Shown: one piece after another, positions 31,735 through 32,000 of the stretch
Position numbering within the stretch: the first letter of the stretch is position 1
Layout: the number at the start of each line of letters is the position of its first letter
NCBI RefSeq assembly: GCF_000020025.1
Contig: NC_010628.1
Coordinates: forward strand, 8,190,001-8,222,000
Direction: 5' to 3'
DNA: 32,000 nt
Origin: Nostoc punctiforme PCC 73102
GTDB taxonomy: Bacteria > Cyanobacteriota > Cyanobacteriia > Cyanobacteriales > Nostocaceae
The notes under the pieces: generated by a model
Databases searched by the model: none
What the model saw: the letters and a program-made list of their open reading frames with translations, nothing else
What the model was told of the DNA's origin: nothing
Program-made: the position numbers and the translations under genes

Positions 31735-32000
31735 TGGGGGTGGAGGGACTTGAACCCACACGACCTATTACGGTCAACGGATTTTCATCCTCCCGCAGTT
31801 TTCACTGCTACCTGATGGCAATAGCCAAATCAGATTTTGAGAATTGGACTCTCCCTTTACCCTCGACTTTACGTTAGGGTAGCTCCCGTCGGGTCTCTGC
31901 ACCTTCCCTCAATTTTGGGTTTTGGATTTTAGATTGAAAACTAATCCCAAATCTAAAATCGCAAATCTAAAATTTTCGGGCTTGGCTCAGGATTGCCATG
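31735..32000 (-). tRNA. trnL: tRNA-Leu(UAA) interrupted by a group I intron. The 3' exon is 31735..31785; the rest of the intron and the 5' exon lie beyond the window
   Basis: Minus strand reads ...GGGAGGATG|AAAATCCGTTGACCGTAATAGGTCGTGTGGGTTCAAGTCCCTCCACCCCCA. This gives the AA of the UAA anticodon, a long variable arm (GACC/GGTC), a T-loop TTCAAGT and an acceptor 3' strand, with no encoded CCA. Confidence 0.85.
31786..32000 (-). ncRNA. Group I intron of tRNA-Leu(UAA), 3' ~215 nt (partial)
   Basis: Ends in omega-G before the 3' exon. Contains GGCAATCCTGAGCCAAGCC, GGGAGCTACCCTAACGT, GAGGGTAAAG.GAGAGTCCAATTCTCAAA and GCTGCGGGAG.ATG blocks that I recall from the Anabaena/Nostoc intron. Confidence 0.85.

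Noticed and set aside
1-32000. The three transposon copies and the 14-unit WD40 array as assembly artefacts
   Set aside because: This cannot be excluded from sequence alone. However, each copy has distinct unique flanks, one copy carries a private 1-nt indel, and the WD40 units carry an ordered pattern of variants. Kept as real, with long-read validation recommended.

Overview
Nostocales-type cyanobacterial chromosome: HIP1 GCGATCGC octamers occur throughout, and a tRNA-Leu(UAA) gene split by a group I intron with Nostoc-style P6b heptamer repeats sits at the right edge. The window holds three essentially identical copies of a minimal 5.57-kb Tn7/Tn5053-like transposon. It encodes only TnsB (DDE transposase), TnsC (AAA+ ATPase) and a long TniQ/TnsD-like target selector. 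I found no TnsA, resolvase, Cas12k, CRISPR array or cargo. Copy 1 (<1..358, minus) is cut by the window edge. Copy 2 (582..6146, plus) faces copy 1 head-to-head across a 223-bp spacer. Copy 3 (26138..31703, minus) ends 31 bp from the 3' end of tRNA-Leu and carries a 1-nt insertion that truncates TnsB. Flank analysis shows one 5-bp target duplication (ATTTG) split between copy 1 and copy 2, as expected for replicative intramolecular transposition or a recombinational flip. The ~20-kb block between copies 2 and 3 mixes housekeeping and accessory genes. Housekeeping genes are a DUF1611/dipeptide-epimerase pair, nucleoside hydrolase, Fcy1-like cytosine deaminase, metallophosphoesterase and MTA phosphorylase. 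The first accessory unit is a NUDIX gene with an in-frame stop followed by a C-terminal TIR-domain protein. The second is a translationally coupled pair of paralogous STAND-like ATPases, one TIR-ATPase and one ATPase-TM-coiled coil-14xWD40. The WD40 repeats are near-identical 123-bp units that vary at only a few codons. A 119-bp palindromic G/C-tract mini-element is inserted in frame in the larger gene. Several tandem-repeat arrays (30-bp HIP1-centred, two 21-bp arrays) and hairpin dispersed repeats fill the intergenic regions. All family assignments come from motifs read by eye, with no database search.
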